Shown here: piece after piece, positions 18,424-29,091 of the stretch | How the letters are laid out: every line of letters starts with the position of its first letter | Position numbering within the stretch: position 1 is the stretch's first letter | Origin: an uncultured Planctomycetota bacterium | GTDB taxonomy: Bacteria > Planctomycetota > Planctomycetia > Isosphaerales > Isosphaeraceae | DNA: 64,000 nt | Assembly: GCA_963737655.1 (NCBI GenBank) | Contig: CAVTTN010000002.1 | Coordinates: 96,001 to 160,000, forward strand | Reading direction: 5' to 3' | Made by a program: the position numbers and the translations under genes | The notes under the pieces: model-generated | Databases searched by the model: none | Seen by the model: only the letters and a program-made list of their open reading frames with translations | Told to the model about the DNA's origin: nothing

Positions 18424-18644
18424 CCCAGGAAATTCTCCAGTTGGGAAGGGAAATAGGAGCGTGGCGCTCGTGGCGACGAGACCCGCCGCGGCCGACGATT
18501 CGAAGGCCTCGATTCCGTGAAAGAGCGGGAATGGATCGTCGCCACGAGCGCCCGGTCGGGGTTCTCGTCGGCGCGTCGTTCACGCTCTTCCAAGAAAAAA
18601 TCAGACACCCCCCTTTTCCCTCGGCCGAAGGCGACTAAAAAGGG

Positions 18645-18826
18645 GTTGTTGAGATCGTCTTCGATCTCCCGAGCCACGAGCGAACGGACCGAGCGGACTG
18701 CCTGCGCAATCTGGGCGGAAGGCGTGGGCAACTCACCTTGGGGGTGGGAGTCCGCGAGGCCGTAACCTCAACCGGGAGTCGTCGCCGTCCAAACGGGCGG
18801 GTCGGCGGCTCCCGGTTGGTTATTTC
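18645..18826 (+). ncRNA. Candidate structured small RNA (unassigned)
   Basis: 5' hairpin, three-way junction and terminal hairpin; several G.U pairs work only on the + strand; ends approximate; see findings. Confidence 0.4.
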
Positions 18827-18919
18827 GACGAGGACGAGCGAAGCCCTCGCGGCGCCCACGGAGGGCGGCGAGGGCTTCGACTTGAGATCAGGGACGATGC
18901 GACCGATTCGGGCCGGGCC

Positions 18920-19591
18920 TCACTGGCCGCCGCCGGGGCGGCGGGGCATCTCGGGCTTGTAGTCGAACGGGGCGCCGGTCATTTCCTTGTAGGTGGCCTT
19001 CTGGGAGTCGGTCAGGATGTTCATGGCCTTCTCCTTGGTCTCCTTGGTGACCGTCTCGCGCTTCTTGGTGGCCGCCTCGCGATCGGCCTGCATGTCCTCG
19101 CGGGTCGGCATCTGGCTGCGCATCTCTTCGCCGAGGGTCTGGAGCTTTTCCTTCTGCTCGTCGGTGATGCCCAGCTTCTTCTGGATGTCCGGGCTGTTGA
19201 AGGCCTGGAAGCCCTGGACCTGGAGCGAGATCTGATCGAACCGCTTGGTCTGGTCGGCGGTGAGGATGCCAGAGGCAACCTTCTTGGTCTCGTCGTTCAT
19301 CTCCTTCATGACGGTCTGCATCTTCTGCTGGCGCTCGCCGGCGTCCAGGTTCTGGAGCTCGGAGAACTTCTCGCGCATCTTCTCGCTCATCTCGGTCTGG
19401 GCCTTCTTGGCCTTCTCGATCTGCTCGTCGGAGAGCTTCAGCTCCTTCTGGACGCCGGAGTTGGTCAGGAGGTTCAGCCCGCCTCCCCCGCCCATCATGC
19501 CGCGGCCGCCGAAGCCCTGGGCCCGGGCCTGGGAGCTCGTCAGAAAGGCCGCCAGCCCCAGGGCCACCGCCAGCTTCAAGGAAGTCCTCAT
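18920..19591 (-). CDS. Exported helical protein (Spy/CpxP LTXXQ-like)
   Basis: Signal peptide ending ARA-Q; repeated VQKELKLSDEQ / IQKKLGITDEQ and ILTADQ / ILTDSQ motifs. Confidence 0.7.
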   Translation of the reverse strand: MRTSLKLAVALGLAAFLTSSQARAQGFGGRGMMGGGGGLNLLTNSGVQKELKLSDEQIEKAKKAQTEMSEKMREKFSELQNLDAGERQQKMQTVMKEMNDETKKVASGILTADQTKRFDQISLQVQGFQAFNSPDIQKKLGITDEQKEKLQTLGEEMRSQMPTREDMQADREAATKKRETVTKETKEKAMNILTDSQKATYKEMTGAPFDYKPEMPRRPGGGQ

Positions 19592-19764
19592 CGCGCGTCC
19601 TCCGCCAATCTCAGGGTGATGTCTCATCAGGCCGATGGCGACTGAAGCCCCGCCCGACCTGGAAGCGGGGCTTCCCGTGCTGAGAATAGCGACAAGTCAC
19701 CCCGTGGAGGCGCGGAAAATCCCGGGTATGGCCGGATTTCGGTCGAGGGCCGAGGCGCCGCCGA

Positions 19765-20547
19765 TCAACCCGGCATCTCCCCCCGGGCCAGCTCATCTTC
19801 CCACTGGTCGAGCAACGGCCAATCCACGGCGCAGGTGCCGAAGTCGGCCATGTGGGTGTAGGATTCGAGCCGGGCGATCGTCGCGTCGAGCAGAGCGTCA
19901 TCCTTGCGGAAGATGGGGCCGTGCGACGGGAGCAAGTACTGGGCGTCGCAGGCGCGAATTCGCCTCAAGCTGGCGAGGAAATCCACCAGGTTCGAGCCGT
20001 GGTGGGCGTCGATCACCCCCACGCAGCCGTCTCGGAAGATGTTATCCCCCGAGAAGAGCAGAGGGCCCATCCGGAACGCGAGCTGGCCGGCGGTGTGCCC
20101 CGGGGTGCTCCAGACTTCCAGGGTCCGGTCGCCGATGGCCAGCCGATCCCCCTCGTCGATCGTCAGGTCCACCTTGCATCGGGGCATGGGGATGTGGATG
20201 TTCTGGGCGTCGATCCGCGAATAGGTGAGGATCTCGTCGCCCTCTTCCAGGGGCTTGACGCTCCTGGGATGGGCGGCGACCTGGCACTTGAGGATCTCCC
20301 GGGCCCGGGCCAGGCCCTGGGCGTGGTCGGCGTCGGCATGGGTGGCGAGGATCATCTTGCAGGCCGAGAGGCTGAAGCCCATCCGGCGGATCAGCTCCAG
20401 GACATCGCCGAGCTCGTCCAGGAACCCCACGTCGATCAGGGCGTACTCGGACCCGCCGTCGATCAAATAGATGTTCACGCCCAGGCGGCGGCGGGCCTGG
20501 ACGTTCATCTCGATCACGCCGGGGAAGACGTACTGACGATCGATCAT
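19765..20547 (-). CDS. MBL-fold metallo-hydrolase
   Basis: LIDVG, THADADH, TPGHT, FSGD, LPSHG; C-terminal part of the 681-aa ORF, start MIDRQY. Confidence 0.85.
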   Translation of the reverse strand: MIDRQYVFPGVIEMNVQARRRLGVNIYLIDGGSEYALIDVGFLDELGDVLELIRRMGFSLSACKMILATHADADHAQGLARAREILKCQVAAHPRSVKPLEEGDEILTYSRIDAQNIHIPMPRCKVDLTIDEGDRLAIGDRTLEVWSTPGHTAGQLAFRMGPLLFSGDNIFRDGCVGVIDAHHGSNLVDFLASLRRIRACDAQYLLPSHGPIFRKDDALLDATIARLESYTHMADFGTCAVDWPLLDQWEDELARGEMPG

Positions 20548-20666
20548 GGATGGGTTCGCGAAGGGGAGGACGGACGTGAAGGGGCCGGGCGATGCCTCGG
20601 CCCCGGCCGATTTTACGGGCCCGAGCCGGTCCCGGCAACTCGATTGGGCGGGCCCGACCCGGCGGA

Positions 20667-21810
20667 TCACGACCGGGGCGACGGATTTCCGCCCCGTCCC
20701 CGGGGTTCCTCCGCGTCGGGATGCGGCGGGCAAGGGGGCTCGATCCGGGAGAACCGCTCGATGATCCCCGGCAGCTCCTCCAGGGCGAATTGCCGGACCA
20801 CGCCCCCTTCGAGATGGGCCGCCTTGTTCATCCCGTAGACGACGGACGAGGATTCGTCCTGCCCCCGGGTCGTCCCCCCCGAGCTCAGGATTCGCTTGCA
20901 GCCCTCGATCCCGTCGCGACCCATCCCGGTCATGATGAGGCCCAGCATGCCCGGCCCGTAGACCGTGGCCGCTGAATGGAACAGCATGTCGATCGACGGC
21001 CGATGCCCGCTGACGGGCGGGCCGTCGGACAGCATGGCCCGGACCTGGGGCGGACGGCCGACCAGGGTCAGGTGACGGCCTCCCGGGGCGATCAGGATCT
21101 GGTTGGGGAGGACGCGATCGCCCTCGCGGGCCTCCTTCACCGGGACGGCGCAGAGGCGGGCGAGCCTCGCGGCGAAGGCCCCGGTGAACTGGGCCGGCAT
21201 GTGCTGGACGATCACGATCGGCGCCAGGGGCGGCGAAAGCTCGGGCAAGGTCTGGCTGAGGGCCTGGGGGCCTCCGGTGGAGATCCCGATCGCCACGCAG
21301 GTCATGCCGAGGTGGGCGGGTAGGCTCAGGCTCGCCTCCGGTCCCTCGATCCGAGGTTCCGGCCGGCTCCGGCGAGGCGGGGGCGGGCCCGGACGGCGGA
21401 CCTTGCTCTGGGCCGCCGAGAGGACCTTGAACACCAGCAAGTCGGCCGACGCCTTCAGCTCCGTGACCTTGTGGGGGCCCGGCTTGGGCAGGAAGTCCAC
21501 GGCGCCGAGCGAGAGCGCCTCCAGGGTGACCTCCGCGCCTTCCTGGGTCAGCGAGCTGACCATCACGACCGGGGCCTCGTGGAGCCTCCAGGAGGGCCGG
21601 CAACGCCTCCAGGCCGGTCATCCCGGGCATCTCGACGTCCAGGGTGATGACGTCGGGCCTCAGGCGAACGGCCAGGTCGATGGCCTCGGCGCCGTCCTTG
21701 GCCGAGCCGATGACCTCGATCTCGGGCGAGGACCGCAGCATGTCGGTCAGGAGCTTGCGCATCAGGGCCGAGTCATCGACCACCAGGACCCGGACGGGGC
21801 CGGTTGTCAT
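20667..21810 (-). pseudogene. cheB: Chemotaxis methylesterase CheB (REC + CheB); apparent +1 frameshift near 21581-21587, probably a sequencing error
   Basis: [17 protein letters not shown] receiver; GISTGGP, VQHMP, HRPSID, TGMGRDG in the second frame. Confidence 0.9.
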
Positions 21811-22226
21811 GGGGCGCCTCGCGGGTCGGGAGGGGGGCCTTCGGGGGCGGTCCGAGGGGGATGGGCGCGGCCTCCGACCCTGTCCAGGAGGCTGGTGATC
21901 CGGCCCCTCTCGAACGGCTTGACGATGAAGTCCAGCGCCCCCGCGCCGATGGCGTCCTGGAGCGTCTGCTTCTGGTCCAGGGCGGTGATCATGACCACCC
22001 GGGCCTGGGGATCGAGCGCCCGGATCGCCCGGAGGGCGTCCAGGCCGCCCATCTCGGGCATGACGACGTCCATCGTGACGAGGTCCGGCCGGAGGCGCTC
22101 GTACATCGCGACGGCCTCGACGCCGTTGGCGGCCTCCCCGGCGACGTCCCAGCCGGCCTGGGTCGCCACGTCGCGGATCAGCCTCCGCATCAGCATCGCA
22201 TCATCCACGACGAGCAAGCGTTTCAT
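21807..22226 (-). CDS. cheY: CheY-like response regulator
   Basis: VVDD, TMDVVMP, ITA, IVKPF; located in the che operon. Confidence 0.85.
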   Translation of the reverse strand: MKRLLVVDDAMLMRRLIRDVATQAGWDVAGEAANGVEAVAMYERLRPDLVTMDVVMPEMGGLDALRAIRALDPQARVVMITALDQKQTLQDAIGAGALDFIVKPFERGRITSLLDRVGGRAHPPRTAPEGPPPDPRGAP

Positions 22227-22261
22227 GGGTTCACTCGTGGGTCTGGGCGCCCGTCGCGATC

Positions 22262-22269
22262 ATTATACC
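22262..22269 (-). promoter_or_regulatory. Possible internal -10 element (GGTATAAT) upstream of cheY
   Basis: TATAAT on the - strand at 22262-22267 in the cheD-cheY gap; no clear -35. Confidence 0.4.
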
Positions 22270-22274
22270 GGGGT

Positions 22275-22772
22275 TCAGATGTCGTAGCCCTCGCCTCCCG
22301 GGACGCGGATCGAGACCGTCCCGGACGAGGTATCGAACGTGAGCCTCCGGCCGGTCTCCCCGCCGACGTCCCGGGCCAGGACCGGGATGCCCAGCCCGGC
22401 GAGGATCTGCTCGACGGCCTCGCTATTGCGACGGCCGATGTCCATCGCCGGTCCCGCCTGGAACATGCTGGCTCCCCCGACGATCTTGGCGACCAGCCGG
22501 TTCCGACCGGCCCGGCCGCGGATCCGGTCGAGGTCGGCGATCATCCCGGGGATGGCCGTGTCGGCATACTTGCCGGGATGGTCGGTCGACCCGTTCGACG
22601 AGGGGAGCACAATGTGGGCCACTCCGCCGACCTTCGCCACGCGGTCGAACAGGACGACGCCCGCGCACGAGCCGAGCAGGGTGCGGAGCTGAGTCGGCGA
22701 CCCGGCGACGGCCCATCGGCCGATCGGGATCGAGACGACCTCGGGTGTTTCGGGCCCCGGGGCGATGCTCAT
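22275..22772 (-). CDS. cheD: Chemoreceptor glutamine deamidase CheD
   Basis: TLLGSCAGV, AHIVLP, GKYADTA, KIVGGASMF, IGRRN, DVGG..GRR. Confidence 0.93.
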   Translation of the reverse strand: MSIAPGPETPEVVSIPIGRWAVAGSPTQLRTLLGSCAGVVLFDRVAKVGGVAHIVLPSSNGSTDHPGKYADTAIPGMIADLDRIRGRAGRNRLVAKIVGGASMFQAGPAMDIGRRNSEAVEQILAGLGIPVLARDVGGETGRRLTFDTSSGTVSIRVPGGEGYDI

Positions 22773-22781
22773 GGCGGGGCC

Positions 22782-23418
22782 TCACGGGGTCGGGAGTTCC
22801 GTCATCGACGACGCCATCTTCTCCAGAGAGTCGCCGCTGGGGATCAGCAGGAGCGACCAGTCGAGCTTCATCGGGTCGGCCTCGAAGACGGTCCGGGCCA
22901 CGAGCAGGCGATCGAGCCGGACGGCCTGCTCCATCAGGGCGAATTCCAGGAGGCTCCCGGCGAACTCGTGGCGGAACGTCGGCGGCGAGGGCACGATCGA
23001 CTCCGGGGCGTCGGTCGCCGAGGGGAGGCCCTCCGTCAGCGAATTCAGATAGGCGCAGCCGACGATATTGGCGGTCTCCATCGCGGCCGACCGCTCCAGC
23101 TCTCCCCAGGCCGAGGCGGTCCCCATCGGCTGACCCAGGAGGAGATCGGCCAGGGCCAGGCCCGAGCGGTCCCCGAAGACCAGGAGGAGATGGCCGGAGA
23201 TCCGGCCGCCGAGCTCGAGGGAGCAGCAGGCGACGAGCGAATCCGCCGGGCCCGAGGAGCTCGGCCGCCTCGTCGAGTCCGACCTCGTCCACCTGGTTGA
23301 CGATCAGGCGAGCGGGCTGGCCGAGCCAGCGGGAGAGGGCCCGCGAGGCGTCCTCCGCTCCCCTCGCGAAGATCGCCGCGAGCCTCTGCGTCTGGGGCTT
23401 CGTCAGGATCGGGACCAT
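22782..23418 (-). pseudogene. cheC: Chemotaxis phosphatase CheC; apparent +1 frameshift near 23248-23253, probably a sequencing error
   Basis: N-part GAEDASRALSRWL; C-part SAAMETANIVGCAYLNSL..PSPP (S-x3-E-x2-N CheC motif); frames join at ..LLGP/ADSLVACC. Confidence 0.8.
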
Positions 23419-23439
23419 CGGCCAATCGCCTCCCTGGTG

Positions 23440-25728
23440 TCAGCCCACCGGCCGTCCGCACTCGTCGGCCGCCATCTCGATCAGGGCGTCGATGTCCAGG
23501 ATCAGGGAGACCCGGCCGTCCCCGAGAATGCTCGCGCCCGAGAGGCCGGCGACCGGCCGGAAGTTCCTCTCCAGCGACTTTAGCACCGCCTCCTGCATCC
23601 CGAGGAGCTCCTCGACGATCAGGCCCAGGGTCGACTCGCCGTTGGAGACGACGACGACGGTATGCTTCGCCCCGGCGTCTTCAAGGGCGACTTCGGCCCG
23701 ATCGAATTCCGAGGAGGCGACCGGGAGGAGGGCCTTCAGGGCCACGAGCGAGATGATCCGCCCCCGGATCTCGATCGAGCGGCGGTCGTGGAGCCGGAAG
23801 ACCTGGCCGGGACCGACCTCGACGATCTCATCGAGGTGATCCAGGGGGATCGCGTACGATTCCTCGCCCACCCGGGCGAGCAGGACGGACATGATCGCCA
23901 GGGTCAACGGCAGGCGGACGGTGAACGTCGAGCCCAGGCCGGGTTCGGTCCGCACGTCCACCGATCCGTTCAGCCCCTCGATCCGGCTCTTGACGATGTC
24001 CATGCCGACTCCCCGGCCGGAGATGTCGGTCACCGTTTCGGCGGTGCTGAGCCCGGGATGCCAGATGAACTGGATCAGTTGGCGTTCGGAGAGCTGGCGA
24101 GACTCGGAATCGGAGATCAGCCCCCGGGCCACGGCCTTGCGGCGGACCCGTTCGCAGTCGATCCCCCGGCCATCGTCGCCGACGGTGATCACCACGCTAT
24201 TGCCCCGGTGCGAGGCGGCCAGGAAGACCGTCCCGGATCGCGGCTTGCCGGCGGCCTCGCGCTCCTCGGGAGGCTCCAGGCCGTGGTCCACGGCGTTGCG
24301 GACGAGGTGGATCAGCGGGTCTCCCAGCTCGTCGACCATCCTCTTGTCCAGCTCGGTCTTCTCCCCGGCGACCTTCAGGGAGACTTCCTTGCCCGAGGAC
24401 ATCCGCAGGTCGCGGACCACGCGATGGAAGCGGTCGAAGAGGGGCCCGATCGGCACCATCCGGGTCTCCAGGACGCCTCGTTGGAGGCCGTCGGAGACGC
24501 GGGACAGGTGGTCGATCGCCTCGGCCATCGAGGCGAGCCGCTCCCGCCCTCGGCGGATCAGGTCGAGCTCGTCCTGGATGGCCCGGAAGTTCTCCCGGAG
24601 CCGGAGGAATTGCGACGCCCAGCGATCGTTCCGGCCCTCGCCGGGCCCTCCCAGCTCTCGGGCGAGCGTATCGAGCCGATCGCGGGTGTCGGCCGCCAGG
24701 AGCTGGGCGTTCGAGGACCGGAACAGCTCGTCCAGCCCTCGGGCGATCTCGAAGAACCGGGACTTGTTGATCACGAGTTCGCCGGCCAGGTTCATCAACT
24801 GGTCGAGCCGGTCGGCGTCCACGCGGACGGTCTCGGCGACCCGGGCCCGCTTCGGCGCGGCCTGGGGAGGAGCCGTCACGACGGCCGGCTCCTCGGCCGG
24901 CGACGGGACGGGTTCCTCGACGATCTCCGCCTCGGGCTCGGGCGGGCTAGGGGCCTCCGCGATCGGCTTCGGCGGCTCGGGCGGCAGGGCGGGGAGCGGG
25001 GCCGACTCGAACTGGATGTCGATCACGCCATCGACGTCGGCCATCGCATGGAGGTCCAGGAGGTCGCAATCGGCGAGGATCCAGACGTCCAGCCTCGGCA
25101 GCGACTGCACCTCTTCGAGCGCCTCGGCCGGGGGGCGAACCGCGAGGATTCGCCCCTTGGAGGCCAGGCGGTTCAGGACGAGCTTGGCCTTGAGGTCCGG
25201 CCAGGGCAGCCCGGCCTCGAACATCAAGGCCAGATGGACCGTGCCTTGAGGCAGGGGCGCGGCGTTTTCCGGAGGGTCGGGCCGAGGCGCCGGCTCGCTC
25301 GCCGGAGGGGGCGGCTTGGGTTCCTCGGGCGGCTCGACGGGTCCTTCCAGGAGGGCGACGACCGCCGCCGCGAGGCCCGAAAGGTCCACCTGGCTCCGGC
25401 CGCTGCTCCGGAGGTCCCGGTGGTAATCGCGGAGGGCATCCAGGCTGCGAAAACAGAGCTCCAGGAATCGCCGGTCCAGGGCCCTCTTGCCGCCTCGGAG
25501 CCGGTCGAAGAACGTCTCCAGGTGGTGGGTCAGCCCCTTGACCTGGTCGAACCCCATCATGGTCGAGGAACCCTTGATGGTGTGGACCAGGCGAAACGCG
25601 TCGCGGAGCGCGCGCTCGTCCCCGGGCTCGGCCTCGAGCCGGAGCAGGGTCTCGTTCAGTCCGGCGATCTGCTCATCGACCTCGTCGAGATAGGTCGGCA
25701 GGAGGCTCTCCAGGTCGAACCCCGACAT
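23440..25728 (-). CDS. cheA: Chemotaxis histidine kinase CheA
   Basis: Hpt FRLVHTIKGSS, TVRVDADRLDQLMNLAGEL, HLVRNAVDHG, DDGRGID, ISGRGVGMD, C-terminal CheW domain. Confidence 0.96.
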   Translation of the reverse strand: MSGFDLESLLPTYLDEVDEQIAGLNETLLRLEAEPGDERALRDAFRLVHTIKGSSTMMGFDQVKGLTHHLETFFDRLRGGKRALDRRFLELCFRSLDALRDYHRDLRSSGRSQVDLSGLAAAVVALLEGPVEPPEEPKPPPPASEPAPRPDPPENAAPLPQGTVHLALMFEAGLPWPDLKAKLVLNRLASKGRILAVRPPAEALEEVQSLPRLDVWILADCDLLDLHAMADVDGVIDIQFESAPLPALPPEPPKPIAEAPSPPEPEAEIVEEPVPSPAEEPAVVTAPPQAAPKRARVAETVRVDADRLDQLMNLAGELVINKSRFFEIARGLDELFRSSNAQLLAADTRDRLDTLARELGGPGEGRNDRWASQFLRLRENFRAIQDELDLIRRGRERLASMAEAIDHLSRVSDGLQRGVLETRMVPIGPLFDRFHRVVRDLRMSSGKEVSLKVAGEKTELDKRMVDELGDPLIHLVRNAVDHGLEPPEEREAAGKPRSGTVFLAASHRGNSVVITVGDDGRGIDCERVRRKAVARGLISDSESRQLSERQLIQFIWHPGLSTAETVTDISGRGVGMDIVKSRIEGLNGSVDVRTEPGLGSTFTVRLPLTLAIMSVLLARVGEESYAIPLDHLDEIVEVGPGQVFRLHDRRSIEIRGRIISLVALKALLPVASSEFDRAEVALEDAGAKHTVVVVSNGESTLGLIVEELLGMQEAVLKSLERNFRPVAGLSGASILGDGRVSLILDIDALIEMAADECGRPVG

Positions 25729-25746
25729 GGGCGTGGTCCCTCGTCC

Positions 25747-26577
25747 TCAGGCCGGTTTCTGATAGAGCCAGGTCTTGTGGCGGACCAGGGTGCCCAGGAG
25801 GTCGTTGACCCCCTCCGTCGGGCCGACGACGAGGTATCCTCCCCCGGTCAGGGACTCCAGGAGATGCCGGACGACCGTCTGCTTGGATTCCGGGTCGAAA
25901 TAAATCAGCACATTTTTGAGGAAAATGCAATCGAACGGGCGTTCCTTGATGGGCTGCAGGAGGTTGTGGGGCTTCCACGAGGTCATCGCGCGGACCTCCG
26001 CCCGGGGCGTCCAGCGAGCGGTGGCGGGGTCGTGGTCGAAGTGGGCCGAGCGATCCTCCTGGGAGACGAGCCGGAGGGCCCGTTCGTCGTAGGAGGCGGC
26101 GCGGGCGGCTTCCAACGCGGCCCCGCTGAGGTCCGTGCCGAGGAGGGTCATGCTCCAGCCGGTGAAGGCCCCCTTCTGCTCCCGGATCTTCAGGGCGATC
26201 GAATAGAGCTCCTCCCCGGTGGCGCAGGCCGAGGACCAGATCCGGAGGGACCGCTCCCGCTGTCTCAGCCGGGCCTGCCGGGCGACCTCCGGGAGGAAGG
26301 TCTCGCCGAGCCATTCGAAGTGGTGGGGATCGCGGAAGAAATAGGTCTCGTTGGTGGTGATCGCGTCGAGGAATTGAGGGATTTCCCCGCGGCCGGAGAT
26401 CGACGTCAGATGGAGGAAGTAGGCCGAGAACGAGGGGATTCCGGTCGAGCGGAGCCGCCTCCTCAGCCGGTTCGAGACCATCACCCGCTTCGTGACCGGG
26501 ATCCGGATGCCGGCGGATCGATAGATCAGGCCGCGGAACCGCTCGAATTCCTCCTCGGTCAACTCGGCGTCGAGCAT
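25747..26577 (-). CDS. cheR: Protein-glutamate O-methyltransferase CheR
   Basis: TTNETYFFRD, IWSSACATGEELYS, GTDLS, NVLIYFD. Confidence 0.95.
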   Translation of the reverse strand: MLDAELTEEEFERFRGLIYRSAGIRIPVTKRVMVSNRLRRRLRSTGIPSFSAYFLHLTSISGRGEIPQFLDAITTNETYFFRDPHHFEWLGETFLPEVARQARLRQRERSLRIWSSACATGEELYSIALKIREQKGAFTGWSMTLLGTDLSGAALEAARAASYDERALRLVSQEDRSAHFDHDPATARWTPRAEVRAMTSWKPHNLLQPIKERPFDCIFLKNVLIYFDPESKQTVVRHLLESLTGGGYLVVGPTEGVNDLLGTLVRHKTWLYQKPA

Positions 26578-26590
26578 GGCTCCCCTCGGT

Positions 26591-28980
26591 TCAGACCTTG
26601 AAGCCGGAGATCACGCTCTTGAGCGACGCGGCCTGGGCCCGAGCTCCTCGGCGCTGGCGGAGAGCTCCTCGGAGCTGGAGGCGTTGGTCTCGGTGATCGA
26701 GGAGACGTCCTGGATCGCCTTGCTGACCTCCTCGGCCGATCCCGATTGCTCCTGGGTGGCGTGGGCGATCTTGGCGATGCTGGCGGCCGTCTCCTCGACC
26801 CCCTGGACGATCGTCTTGAGCGATTGCCCCGCCTTCTGCGACAGCTGGGCGCCGTCGGCGACCCGGGCCGTCGATTCCTTGATCAGCGAGGTGATCTCCT
26901 TGGCGGCGGCCCGGGAGCGCTCGGCCAGCTTGCGGACCTCGTCGGCGACGACGGCGAAGCCCAGGCCGTGCTCTCCGGCCCGAGCGGCCTCGATCGCGGC
27001 GTTGAGCGCGAGCAGGTTCGTCTGGCTGGCGATCTCGCCGATGACCTGGATGATGTCGCTGACCTGCTCGCTCGACTTGCGGATCAGGAGCATGGCCTCG
27101 ATCGCCTGATCCACCGATTCGCCGCCCTGCTTGGCCAGTCGCGAGGTCCGGTCGGCGAGCTCCCGGGCCGACCCGGCGTTCTGGTTGATGTCCAGGATCG
27201 CCCGGCTGAGGTGCTCGACCGAGGCGGACATCTGCTCGGCCGTGGCGGCCTGGTTCTGGGACGACTCGCTCAGATAATTGGCGCTCTCGGCGACGACCCG
27301 GGCCCCCTCGGCGAACTGATTGGCCGACTCGATGACCTCGCCGATCACGTGCTTCAGGTCGGTGGTCATCTTGGAGAGGGCCAGGCCGAGCCGGCCCATG
27401 TCGTCCTCGCCTCGGACCTCCACCTCGACGGTCAGGTCACCCTGGGCGGCGGCGGTCGCCACCTTCATCAACTGATTGACCTTCATTTCCAGGTCGCGCT
27501 TGGCCTGGTCGATCCGGGTCTGCTGGTCGACGCGCTCCAGGGCGCTGGAGACCAGCCGGCCGATGTTCCTCAAGGCGTCCAGACGAGACGCCGAGGGGCT
27601 GAGCTTCTTCTCGGTGAGGAAGTCCATCGTCCCGATCACGTGCTCCCTCAGGAGGATCGGGAAGCAGAGGCCGGACTTCAGCCCGCTCTGACGGGCGACC
27701 GGGCCCCGAGAGAAGCCCGGCATGTCGCCGAGGTCCGGGACGAACACGAGCTCGCGGCGCTGCCAGGCCTGGCCGTTGAGGCCCTCCCCCTCGCGGAATC
27801 GGGACTCGGTGGTGACCCGACGAAACTCGGCGGAGACCGCCCCCGAGTCGAGCGAGAACCGCAGGACACGCTCCTGGGGATGGACTTCCCAGTACGAGCC
27901 ATACGACCAGTCGAAGGCTTCTCGGACCGTCGAGAGGACGGACTCGATCACCTCGCCCACGGTCGTGCATCGGCCCAGGGCCAGCAGGAGTCGGTTGATC
28001 GCCGTGGTATCGGTGGCCAGCTCGGCCTCCCTCGCCTCGGTCTCGATCCGTTCGGTGACGATGTCCCAGGTGAGCATCGGCCCGAGGTAGTTCCCCTGGC
28101 CGTCGATGATCGGGCTGACGAGCAGGTCGGCCTTCTCGGGGCCGACCTCGATCAAGGCCCGGTGAGGCAAGTTCTTGGGGTCGGCCAGGAGCCGCCTCTG
28201 GTGCTCGGGGGCCTTGTGGAAGATGTCGATCGATAGGCCGACCATCTCCTCCACCTTGCACGGCAGGTAGGTCTCGATCCGCTTCAGGAGCCGGAGCGAC
28301 GCGGGGTTCATGTAGCGGATCTTCAGGTCGCGGTCGGCGAACATCATGCTCGTCGGCGCGTTCTCGATCATCCGCGACAGGCGCGCCTGCTCGATCTGCT
28401 GGGCGAGCTTGGTGATCTTCTCCGAGGCGAGCCGGCCGATGACCCGGATGGCGTCGAGCCGTGTCGCCGAGAAGTCCACCGAGCCGGAGGCGAAGAAGTC
28501 CAGGGTCCCGAAGACCTGCCCTCCCTGGATGAGTGGCAGGGCCACGGCCGAGCGGATCCCCAGTCGGCGGGCGACGGGCGCCCGGGGGCAATCGGAGAGC
28601 TCGGCGAGGTCCTCGACGTGGATCAATTCGCGGCGCTTCCAGGCCCGGCCGTTGAGTCCCTCGCCTTCCCGGAAGCGGGCGGATCGCGTGACCCGATGGA
28701 ACTCCGAATCCACCTCGCCGGACTCGGCCGAGAAGACCAGGGCGTCCCGGGCCTCGTCCACCACCCAGTACGACCCATAGGCCCAGCCGAATCGGCTGCG
28801 GATCGAGTCCAGGGCCGCGCGGATGACCTCGGCCACGGTCCCCGCTTCCAGGATCGCCGTGACCGAGTCGATCATCGCCCGGGTCGTCGAGTTCGCGTCC
28901 TCGTCGATCGGGCCCCGGGCCGGGGTCTCGGGAGGGGGCGGGGCGCCGGAGCGAATCCGGGCTCGGCGGTCTCCAGCCAC
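26591..28980 (-). CDS. Soluble methyl-accepting chemotaxis protein (GAF-PAS-GAF-HAMP-MA); 1-nt deletion near 26638 alters the last codons
   Basis: [36 protein letters not shown]; two GAF repeats ([10 protein letters not shown]); PAS; no TM; restoring one G gives ..[16 protein letters not shown] ending at 26591. Confidence 0.93.
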
Positions 28981-29091
28981 TCGCTTCGAGGAAACCGCTT
29001 CGCGGACGATCGCTTCGAGCCGGGCAGGCGACGCCCTCGGATGCCTCGTCCGGGCTCGGGGCCGTTTTCCTGGATCGGTGGTGCCACGGGA

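Noticed and set aside
18839..18879. Hairpin CGAAGCCCTCGC/GCGAGGGCTTCG as a separate ncRNA
   Set aside because: Its position just after the stop at 18920 is adequately explained as a terminator or stabiliser of that gene; it has no U-tract, so it was not called as a feature.
19765..21810. Apparent 681-aa REC-MBL fusion protein
   Set aside because: Artefact of the cheB frameshift: the receiver belongs to CheB, the middle is off-frame, and the MBL gene starts at 20547.
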